Assembly: GCF_035084215.1 (NCBI RefSeq)
Contig: NC_090359.1
Location: forward strand, 13,826,001 to 13,890,000
Reading direction: 5' to 3'
From: Heptranchias perlo
Lineage: Eukaryota
Length of the DNA: 64,000 nucleotides
Positions 53,001 to 64,000 of this stretch are shown one piece after another; the first letter of the stretch is position 1; each line of letters begins with the position of its first letter. Position numbers and translations under genes: made by a program. Below the pieces are notes generated by a model, which ran no database searches, was not told the DNA's origin, and saw only the letters and a list, made by a program, of their open reading frames with translations.

Positions 53001-53999
53001 CCGTAGGGCCGGATCCTCGGCGGCCTGACCGAGACGGGACTCCAGGCCAAGCACCTCCTGCTCCAACCGCTTGACCTCGGACTCCCGCCTCTTAGTCGAC
53101 CCCCTCGCATACTCTTGACAGAAGAGGCGGACGTGAGCCTTGCCCACGTCCCACCATAGCCTCAAGGAGGAGAAGCCTCCCCGCTTCCCTCTCCAGTCGC
53201 TCCAGAACAGACGGAACGAGTCCCGGAACCGCGCGTCCTCCAGCAGCCGGTTGTTAAAGTGCCAGTACGCGGACCCCGACCGGGCACGGAGCAGAGCGAG
53301 CTCCATCCATACCAGGTGGTGGTCCGTGCACGACACCGGCCGGATGGAGGCCGACGGGACGCAGGAGGCGTACGCCCGCGAAACGTACAGGCAGTCGATT
53401 CTGGTGCACCCTCCTACAGCCCTCACAAAGGTGAACTGGCTGGAGTCGGGATGGAGATTCCGCCAGACGTCCACCAAGTCGAAGGACCCGACCAGGTCCC
53501 TCAACTTCTCCGTCGCCGTTCGGCAACGCACGGGACCGGAACGGTCCCTCGCCTCGAGGGTGCGGTTAAAATCCCCCCCGAGGATAATGCACTCGCCGGC
53601 GTCGACGGAGTTTAGGTAAGTGGACACTTCCTCAAAGAAGATCACTTGCTCGGCTCCGGACCAGGGGGCGTACACGTTCACCAGGTGAAGCGGCACGTCC
53701 CCGTGGCGAAGCGTTACGTGGAGCAAGCGGCCCGGCACCGGCTCCTTGACCCCCAAGATCTCCGGCTGAAAAGTCGGGGCCAACAAGATGGCCACCCCGC
53801 TCGAAACGCCGCTGAGGTGACTCAAGTAGACCCCCCCTCCCCATTCCAGGATCCACGTGGCCTCGTCTCCCGGAACGGTGTGGGTTTCCTGCAGAAAGCA
53901 CACCGCATACTTCCCGTCCCGAAGGACCGAGAACTTGTCAAATCTACGGCGGGCGTCTCTGCCGCCGTTGATGTTGAGGCTGGCTATGGTTATCTCCAT
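50094..53999 (-). CDS. Tx1 copy 4 ORF2: APE endonuclease + reverse transcriptase + C-terminal Cys/His zinc motif
   Basis: MEITIASLNING, FLQETH, GGDFN, RID, TDH; KSPGLDG, NWRPVSLL, LDQEKAFDRV, GVRQGCP, YADD, YLGV; CIFCGLEESVFHLYTGC. The first ATG is at 53999 (the ORF track starts at an upstream TTG). Confidence 0.96.
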   Translation of the reverse strand: MEITIASLNINGGRDARRRFDKFSVLRDGKYAVCFLQETHTVPGDEATWILEWGGGVYLSHLSGVSSGVAILLAPTFQPEILGVKEPVPGRLLHVTLRHGDVPLHLVNVYAPWSGAEQVIFFEEVSTYLNSVDAGECIILGGDFNRTLEARDRSGPVRCRTATEKLRDLVGSFDLVDVWRNLHPDSSQFTFVRAVGGCTRIDCLYVSRAYASCVPSASIRPVSCTDHHLVWMELALLRARSGSAYWHFNNRLLEDARFRDSFRLFWSDWRGKRGGFSSLRLWWDVGKAHVRLFCQEYARGSTKRRESEVKRLEQEVLGLESRLGQAAEDPALRQVYEEKKDALRDLHLVGSRGAYVRSRLQLLRDLDRGSPFFYSLEKWRGARKQLLTLLADDGSLVSDPEGVRARARSYYEALFSPDPSSEEARRVLWEDLPKVGPEDAERLDAPLSLAELTGALHQLSRGKSPGLDGLTVEFLRAFWDVLGGDYARVLGECLATGEMPLSWRRAVVVLLPKKGDLRNLKNWRPVSLLSTDYKVFARAMSARLGTVLDHMIHPDQSYTVPGRTIHDNIHLVRDLIHHSQRAGLSVAFLSLDQEKAFDRVDHEYLFGTLRAFGFGSHFVARIRLLYAAAECLIKVNGSLTAPLRFGRGVRQGCPMSGQLYTICVEPFLHLLRKRLSGLALREPDVEVVLSAYADDVLLVVTDPLDLRRMRECQEVYSAASSARINWEKCSGLLVGQWRVDSMPEELRAFAWSTTHLRYLGVYLGPAEEAWPANWVELEAKVTARLARWTGLLRVLSYRGRVLVINQLVAAMLWYRLVPLTPPPDFVAKIQRKFVDFFWAKGMHWVAAAVLSLPLREGGQGLVCVRTQVATFRLRMLQRYLYAERPLRWRALATYFFRQLHGLNYDTQLLFVSLLGGRTSLQELPVLYQDLLRVWTMVASSRSSRPSGVAAVLQEPLLGNPFLRDVGFGRSWLTERRAVAGRVTRVRDVLDGGGSGWLEPWALAARMSSWRAGDAAAAIQALKSALGPDSTRGVEAAQACGAIPSDLTPVRTEFLLGAKPRNLPRRAAPHNLSRLSEIPSVPFHTARRDFLYGLLLHTIHFLALVSRPDTPWRAILPSGGDGGPQWEALYTGVLPCYFGDLGWRVLHGAVPCNRRLRHFTDTQAACIFCGLEESVFHLYTGCARLQPLFHYLEGLLLKFWLHFSPTLLIFGRPVRRGAGRSVDVLVGLLLGLSKVAIHRSRMLAVRGGGRSACLPLFRGLLRARVALEMEHAVSAGTLEAFRDRWAPQGLECILNEDNKILI

Positions 54000-54028
54000 G
54001 GCAAGAGCACAGCGCAACCTACTTAAAC

Positions 54029-56071
54029 CTAATGCGCGGAGGGAGCGGGGCCGCTAGTCGACCGCCACTCGCTCAAGAGCCCGGTGAGGAGGGATCTGAG
54101 CCGACGCAGCCCGACCCCGCCGTCGTCCCCTTCCGCGGCCACGGACGCGACGGCGGCCAGGACCGAGCGGATTAACTGCGCCGGCTCCGACCAACGGTCG
54201 AGGGCCAGCCGGACGCCATCGCGACGATGGCTCCAAACGGACACAAAATCCCGGAGTTCCTCAACGGGGATGAGGGGAGACTCGGTGTCGGGCACGAGGG
54301 CGTCCACCACCTCACTGGTGGCGAACTCCAAATCCTCCCCAGTGCCCACCACCGAGTCCCCGACCTCCTCCGGATCATCGTCGCCCGCGGCCGACCCGCT
54401 CCCCGCACAAAGCGCGGAGAACGAGACGGCCGCGCCGGCCAGCCCCACCTCTGTTACGATCCCACCCCCAGGATCGTCGGCAGAGGAGTCCTCCCCGGGC
54501 TCCACCGGGGGGTCCGGGTCAGAGGGCGGCGCCGGGCGGGGACCCTCCCCAGCCTCCGAGCGGTGAAAAACCGGCACCCGGATATAGGGGCAAACCGGGG
54601 AAACCGGGGAGAACGTGTACTCCAGTTCTCCCACCTCCCCCGGCTCCGTGCCCAGATACTGGGAGGAGGGGGTCCCCCCACCCACGTCGCCACCGACCGA
54701 CCCGGCCGGTGAGATGTTTTGATTAAAACCCACCACCAGGTCGAGCAGGTCCTGGGAGAGGTCGAGCCGAGGGCAGACGAATTTGGCCGCAACGGCCTCG
54801 CCCACCCCGACACCCAGGACGCCCGACCCGGTGAACAGGGTAGTGTTGGGTAAATGCGGAGCCGCGACCCCCCCCATCGGCGGGGTCTCTCCATCCCCCC
54901 CGGGAGGCACGGGCACGATCCCCTCCCCCCGAGAGGTGGATGACCCCCGCCGCTGTTCGGATGTCACGGGCGGGGCCGCAGGATCCGCGACCGGCACCGA
55001 CTCCCCTTCCACGGGGGGCCGTCCCTTAGCAGGGAGCCCGTTCGCTTCCGGGGAGTGGTGCCTCTTTTTCTTCCAGGAGGGTCGCGGAGGGAGGGGGGAC
55101 TCCATGTCTGCTGGGACCCCCGCCTCCGCTCCCTCCTGATCACCCGCCAGCCCGGGCTCTGTCGCGACCGCGAGATGTTGACTGGCCGCGGTCACGGCCT
55201 CGGGCTGACTGAGATCTTCTCTGTCCCGGGGACCAGCCTCTAAATTCTTCCTCTTTCTCCGCGCTTTCTTCTGGCGAGGGTTCCCCTCCTCCCCCCTGGC
55301 GGAGGCCTCGACGCCAACCTCCACCCGCGCAGTTGACTCTCCCGACGCGGGGGCGGGGTTGGGGGGAGGAGCGGTGGCGGCGCCAGCCCCGGCCGCCGTA
55401 GCTGTTTTGGCGGCCTGAGAGGCAGGGCAGTTCCTCTTCAGGTGCCCCACCTCCTTACAGGGATGGCACCGCCCACCCTCTGCCGTCCAAAAGACGCGGT
55501 AAGGGGTCCCCTCGTGGAGGGCGTTAAAGCCCCCCTCCGTAACCTCCTCCCGTGCCAGCTTGACGAATGCCTGGCGACGGAAGGAGTAAACATGCCGGAG
55601 GCTGTTCTCCCTGAGTCCGAGCGGCAGCGGCGTTACCCCCGACCTCACCTCCCCCAGTTGACGTAGGTGGGGGAGGAGGAGCTCGTCCGACAGGAAAGGC
55701 GGGACGTTAGATAAAATGACTCGCTGCGCGGTGGCCTCCAGCGGGTCCACCGGCAGGAAGGTCCCGCCAACCGTGAGCCCCTTACTAAGGGCCAGGGACA
55801 CCGCCCGCTCGGACCTCAGGAAGAACACCGCCCTCCCGTACATTTTTGAGGCCGCGACGATGGCCGAGGGGCCGACAACCTCGGCCATGGCCTTTACGCA
55901 GGCCTCAATGGTCATGTTGGGGTGGGCGTAGCTCTTCACCCCATGCTTCCTCGTAATGAGGCGGAAAGGCGCCGGCCCAGCAGGAGCGGCACGAACTGTA
56001 GGAGCGGCCCCCGAGGTAACCGCCGCATACGTCCTGCTGGGTCCCGGCACCGGCGAAGATGGTGAAGCCAT
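54029..56071 (-). CDS. Tx1 copy 4 ORF1 protein (680 aa)
   Basis: Uninterrupted ORF with a CX2CX4HX4C knuckle. Confidence 0.93.
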   Translation of the reverse strand: MASPSSPVPGPSRTYAAVTSGAAPTVRAAPAGPAPFRLITRKHGVKSYAHPNMTIEACVKAMAEVVGPSAIVAASKMYGRAVFFLRSERAVSLALSKGLTVGGTFLPVDPLEATAQRVILSNVPPFLSDELLLPHLRQLGEVRSGVTPLPLGLRENSLRHVYSFRRQAFVKLAREEVTEGGFNALHEGTPYRVFWTAEGGRCHPCKEVGHLKRNCPASQAAKTATAAGAGAATAPPPNPAPASGESTARVEVGVEASARGEEGNPRQKKARRKRKNLEAGPRDREDLSQPEAVTAASQHLAVATEPGLAGDQEGAEAGVPADMESPLPPRPSWKKKRHHSPEANGLPAKGRPPVEGESVPVADPAAPPVTSEQRRGSSTSRGEGIVPVPPGGDGETPPMGGVAAPHLPNTTLFTGSGVLGVGVGEAVAAKFVCPRLDLSQDLLDLVVGFNQNISPAGSVGGDVGGGTPSSQYLGTEPGEVGELEYTFSPVSPVCPYIRVPVFHRSEAGEGPRPAPPSDPDPPVEPGEDSSADDPGGGIVTEVGLAGAAVSFSALCAGSGSAAGDDDPEEVGDSVVGTGEDLEFATSEVVDALVPDTESPLIPVEELRDFVSVWSHRRDGVRLALDRWSEPAQLIRSVLAAVASVAAEGDDGGVGLRRLRSLLTGLLSEWRSTSGPAPSAH

Positions 56072-56839
56072 GACCTAAAGAGCCACACCCACCCCAAGTC
56101 TCGGGCCTACTGATGAAATTAGGCCTTTTTAAAAGAAGCCCTGAGGAAACCTCTCTCCCCGAATCCCAGAGCTTGGTTGGGAGAGGGGCCCCTTTGCTGG
56201 TTTTATTTCCCCCCAGAATATCCGGGAGAGCAAGAGAAGGTGGGAGGGATTAATGGTGGAATGGGAAGGAGGGAGTCTGCAGGGGTAGGCTGCTGCAGAA
56301 GTGGGTGGAAGTGGGGCGGGGTTGCACCTTAAAAGGTGGATCATCTTCTGTCTGTCTTCCAGTGGGCAGGGGGAGGAGATGTCTTCCCCGAGACAGCTGG
56401 AGCTGCCTAGGCTCAGTCCTCCAAAGATTGAAAAAGTAATTTCACCCAGGCAGCTCCAGCTGTCCTGGGCCAGACACTTGGGGGAACCCCCTGTCCTCTA
56501 AGGTCTTCTTCCTCCCCCTACCTTCAGCCGACGCACCTCACTGCACCGACCTCCTCTTCCTCCCTCTGTTCGGTTTCGCAAACCAGCAGCAGCAGCAGCA
56601 CAACCCCTCCCGGCTGCTGTTTGGTAGTATTCTTCTTCTCCCTCCCTCCTTGTTGATGGTGGTTTCTCCTTCTCCTTCTCCTTCTCCTTCTTCTCCTCCT
56701 CCTTCTCCTCCTCCTCCTTGACTCAGAGGGACCCGGGCAAGGGCCTGCTCTCTCTGCTCTCTCTGCTCTCCACTCCACTCAGTGGCAGTTCAGCCACAAT
56801 CAGCTCCAATGCCGAGCTGGTGTGTCTCAAAGACAACCC

Positions 56840-57165
56840 AACAGAGATGTGATCAGATTCCGTCTGAGGAAAGTCAAAGAAACCAACAGCAATGGCATCA
56901 CAGAATAATTCTCCAATCCCACCTGTATTCCAAAGCTCTGATTGGTTCTGGGAATCACACCCCACCTTCTGTCCTTTGTTAATTGGTGCCTGGATTCATG
57001 GACGATTCCTGAGTGGTTGTCAGGGATTGTCAATCATCATTGGTGATCTCATACCCTGTGTAAATGCAGGCTGTCCCAGTAGTATAAATACAAGAGCTTG
57101 TGAGGGAAGAGGTTAGGTTGTTTTTGCAGTTTGAAGTGTGATTGTGGTTAATAGTAAAAGTTAAA
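56840..57165 (+). promoter_or_regulatory. Proximal promoter/5'UTR of ferritin copy B
   Basis: Inverted CCAAT boxes, TATAAATA at 57083-57090 and ATG at 57166. Confidence 0.8.
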
Positions 57166-59897
<2,732 letters not shown>

Positions 59898-61727
59898 CTG
59901 GGATTCTATAACCATTAGTTCTATACTTGGTGAATGCTTTGCTTGTGGTTATTTTCCAGTTTTCTCACCTGTTGTACATGGCAATAAAAGCTATTCATCA
60001 AACTGGTTTGTCTTTGTTGTATAATTAAGTATCTGATCTGATTATCCAGATCACAAAGCTACCCACTGCACCACACCCAGCTGAGGAACTTATGATCCAA
60101 GTTAGAACTTTCTCCAGGTGTAAAAATATAAAAACCCCTCCTGGTCCAGCTTCCTGACTTGACTCTGTGCCAATCCAGGATGGTTATGATCACATCTCCA
60201 AATTGTTACTGGGATGCCTGAAATACATAATTTCTACAACTACAATCTCAGTAAACAATTCCTGCAGAAAAGGGGTTTTCATAACATCTGCAAGCAAGAC
60301 AACATCAATATGTCGTGCTTTAAAACAACAAAAGGGGAGGTGTGGCTGGAGAAAGATGAATATGTCAGGACAAGGGAGGGGATCCCTGCAATTTTGCTGT
60401 AGTCTGATGCCATAAGTCACTCACTAGGTTGCTCGAGTTGTGGCCTGTACAAAGTATACTGTTGACAACCCTAGAGTCTTCCTTTGGGCAGACTGTCCTG
60501 TTTAACGTTCCCTCATCCAGGGCAATATTTGCCCATTCTTTGTGTTTGAGTAAACCAGCTGTTTGCAGAAAACACCAAACTGCAGTCTGTCCTGTGTGGT
60601 GTTTGTTGTTGGGTAACCTGTGCTGGTAGAGGAATCATTTGATTTCATTTCTATCACCCAACAACTTGAACTGCCTTCCTTTTGATCATTGCATTACTAA
60701 CTGTTAAATGGAGCCACAAGTTAATTGTAATCCAATAGTTACTGTACATTATCTTCCATACTTCATGTATTCTTTCTAACTACCACAACTTGTACAAAAA
60801 CACTGCCCTTAACCCACAAATAGTGTGATTTTTTTTTTCCTGAAGGTATCAGAAATGAAACCATAAAGTTTGTGAGCCCACTACATAAATATTCTCTTGG
60901 ACTGACGTTGCAGACAAAGGGATCTGTTATACATGGTTACACTACCTACAAATTAAACATTGGCTTGACTCGCAGGGGATGGAGGATGTCTGTATGAGCA
61001 AGACTGGATAACAGGGTAGGCCTATGGGATTAAGACGACTGCTTGTGTGAAAGATAAACACCAACATGAACTGGTTGGGCCAAACAGCCTGTTTCGGTGT
61101 AAGTTTTATGCAATTCACTCTTCTCTGTTCTTGAGGCTTTGTGATCCTTGTATTCAATGCCTGATAGTTGGACCAGAGATACAACAGGATAGGGACAAGA
61201 TACTGGAAAACTCAAACACACAGAAAATGCTGAATATACTCACCAGATCAGGCAACATTGGTCTCGAAAACAGGAGACAGTTGACATATTAGATATAAAA
61301 CCTTTCCTCACAACAGACTCGAGATTTGCAGGAGATGAATAAACAGTGCAAACCAAACACTGGACTTTACAGGTTCTAAATTTCATGGGGATAAAACTCC
61401 ACATCGCACTTTACAGTGATGGAGCAACAGAGTTCTGTTTGAACCTCCCAACTGATCCACTTTCCATTTCCCCGACTCGTTGTCGGTTGGTTTGCGGACT
61501 CACTGCGGACTGTCTGGTGAAGGTCAGTCTCCTTCAATCTATTGCGGTGATCAACATTGTGAATCTGGGTATAACGGACTCTTTCAGGACACACCAAGAT
61601 GCCCATCAATTGTCCAAGAGACAGGATAACTCAGAACCAAATGTGCTCGACACCATCTACGGGATGGGATTTCCATTTGTAAACTCATCGATCTCTTTGA
61701 TATATGTTGTGAAGCTCTGATTCTGGG

Positions 61728-62114
61728 AACAGAGATGTTATCAGATTCAGTTTGAGGACTCAATAACTGGGATGACATTGGAGGCCATTGTTGGATCCAA
61801 GGAGCCGATCAGTCCTTTGAGGAAAACAACAGCAATGACATCACAGATTAATCATCCAATCCTGCCTGTATTCCAAAGCTCTGATTGGCTCTGGGAAACA
61901 ACTCGCCCCCTCTCTCCTTTGTTAATTGGTGCCTGGATTCATGGAAGATTCCTGATTGGCTATCAGGGATTGTCAATCATCATTGGTGATGTCATACCCT
62001 GTGTAAATGCAAGCTGTCCCAGCAGTATAAATACAAGAGCTTGTGAGGGAAGAGGTTAGGTTGTTTCATGCAGTGGTGTTTGAAGTGAGGTTTCTGTTAA
62101 CAGTAAAAGTGAAG
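61728..62114 (+). promoter_or_regulatory. Element-free promoter/5'UTR of ferritin copy C
   Basis: Empty target site at 61728-61747; ATTGG at 61884, 61925, 61955 and 61982; TATAAATA at 62026-62033. Confidence 0.82.
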
Positions 62115-63758
62115 ATGGTTTCCCAAGTGTGTCAGAACTACCACAAGGAGTGTGAGGATGGTGTCAACAAGCAGATCAATATGGAGCTCTATTCCTCCTA
62201 TGTTTACCTCTCCATGGTGAGTCTTGTACTGTCTCTTCATTCTGAGAACTTGGAATTTTTTTTTGTTCAGAATTGGATTCAAATTACATTTCTCTTGAGT
62301 TCCTTTTCCTCCCTGGGGTGGAATATCTTTGGGCAGTGAGTACTTTGTGTGCAATATGGGGTGATCTTGTGTTAATGGACTGCTCCTTACAGCACCTGCA
62401 CTCTATTGAGGGGCTTAATATATGAACCTGGCTCAGCTGCTGCTTGAATTTGTAAGAGAAGAGCAGAAACCTGGTCAAGTGCTTGTCAACATTTGACTGA
62501 AAAGGTTCAGTTTCAATGGGGTGACTGTAGCCAGTGAAATGTTGACAGGTCCTCACTAGTTTTCTTGCATTTTTACTTGCAGGTGAAGTACTATGAGAGT
62601 CCTAGGCTTTTGTCACTGCCTTGATCCTTAACACAGATTGTGGAGTTTGAAACTTCTGGAATATAAGAATTTTCTTGTTCCTTGCCCAATTTTAGATTAG
62701 AATAGCAAGTAGAAGGAGGGGCTACTTACTGTAAGTACAGTTTAGTTTGCGTTACTAGTTAACATAGTATTTTTTAAAAGAAACTTTGAGCACTCATTAA
62801 CTGGGGAGGGGAGAGAAAGATAATTGTATGTCGGTGAGATCTAGGTCTGACATGATTCTGTTTAAAATTCCAGTCCTATTACTTTGACCGGGATGATGTT
62901 GCCCTGCGTCACTTTGCTGAGTTCTTCAAGGAGCAGTCACATGAGGAACAGGAGCACGCTGAGAAACTGCTGAAATTCCAGAATCAGCGTGGAGGCCGAA
63001 TCATCTTGGAGGACATCAAGGTTTGTTCATAGAATCAGGCCATTTGGCTCATAGTGTCTGTGCTGGCACTTTGAAAGAATATCCAATTAGTCCCTCGTGC
63101 CCTGCTCTTTCCCCATAGAGCTGTAAATTATTCCTTTTCATGATTCTATACATAAAAATCTGTTCTGACAGTTGCTATTGAATCAGCTTCCCTTTCAGGC
63201 ATTTCATTCCAGATTGTAACAATTCACTGTTTATATATGAAATCTCTATCTTCCCTCTGGTTCTTTTGCCCATTATCTTCAATGTGTGTCCTCTGGTTAA
63301 TGACCCACCTGCCAGTTGTTGAGTTCATGACTGGGCCAAATGTAATTTATTGAGGCTTATTTTCATATTGAATGATTGGTCCCCAGTGCAGCCTCTATCC
63401 AGCTTTCAGAATGTGGAAAATTTCTCCACAGCAGAGAAGATGTTTTCTCATTAATGAGCCACATGTTCTACATTATAACTGAACAGAGTACTTGTTGCTA
63501 ACATCAGGGCAAAAATCAATTTTCTTCCACTCTCCAGTCATCCTCTTGTTTCAGGCTAGTTTGAGATTAATACTGCATGGGATGCAGATGGAAGCTTGAG
63601 CATTTTGTGACTTGAAAGACTTCCCTTTTCAGAAGCCAGAGCAGGATGAGTGGGGCAATGGTCTGGAGGCGATGCAGAGAGCTCTGCAGATGGAGAAGGA
63701 TGTGAACCAGAGTCTGCTGGATCTGCACAAACTGTCCACTGAGAGGACAGACCCTCAT
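62115..63758 (+). CDS. fth1: Ferritin heavy/middle-chain-like, copy C (partial; exon 4 beyond the window). Exons 62115-62216, 62874-63020, 63633-63758
   Basis: Same exon sizes and near-identical coding sequence to copies A and B, with GT-AG boundaries. Confidence 0.94.
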
Positions 63759-64000
63759 GTAAGTCCTTAATGCATCAGTGGCATTTAGCTTTTGGGTTTA
63801 TTTTTAATTTGGGATTGTGTAATTTAGCACTGTCCTTTAAAATCACATCAGACTGAATGCAGCTCAATACTTTCCATTTCTAAATCTGAGGTTTGTTAAA
63901 TCTACTGAAGGTGAGCATTAAAATCTGTCCTTGAAATCAATCTGTTTCAAGGGTTGAGATATCTTTGGCTTGAAGGGAACCTTCAAATGGATACTGACTT

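Larger units (their letters stand above)
49996..56839 (-). mobile_element. Tx1-type non-LTR retrotransposon, copy 4 (both ORFs intact, potentially active)
   Basis: ORF1 (680 aa) and ORF2 (about 1301 aa) are uninterrupted, with a 29-nt inter-ORF spacer, a 5'UTR of about 770 nt and an A-rich tail. Confidence 0.96.

Noticed and set aside
56524-56778. Poly-arginine ORF in the copy 4 5'UTR
   Set aside because: It is the product of a (GAGAAG/GAG)n microsatellite expansion absent from the other copies.
42834-56839. Copies 3 and 4 as a purely artefactual haplotype duplication across the N gap
   Set aside because: Not excluded, but disfavoured: the copies differ at many ORF2 residues, and the same element-promoter-element-promoter layout occurs without a gap in copies 1-2.

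Overview
This is vertebrate genomic DNA, not prokaryotic. The repeat repertoire (CR1 LINEs, Deu-domain SINEs, Myb/HARBI1 Harbinger elements) suggests a cartilaginous fish (shark). Bases 1-18.4 kb are mostly decayed repeats plus a CpG-island promoter at about 15.1-16.1 kb. At 18.9-21.4 kb (minus strand) lies a zona pellucida ZP3-type gene: exons 2-9 are intact, but exon 1 is cut off by a retrotransposon tail. From 21.4 kb onward is a tandem array of ferritin heavy-chain-like genes on the plus strand (two complete, one running off the end). The array is invaded by four near-identical, full-length (about 6.8 kb), GC/CpG-rich Tx1-type (L1-clade) non-LTR retrotransposons. All four are antisense, arranged as two tandem pairs, and each has its 5' end abutting a copy of the ferritin proximal promoter. 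One insertion has a clean 20-bp target-site duplication, and the homologous empty site is visible in front of the third ferritin. The main candidate system is a Tx1 family that targets, and possibly borrows, the promoters or 5' ends of multicopy, probably oocyte-expressed, protein-coding genes. One copy is fully intact, and the four copies show patchwork recombination. A 141-N gap at 49855-49995 hides one junction. Repeat-fragment boundaries are approximate; exon, TIR and TSD coordinates were read by eye.
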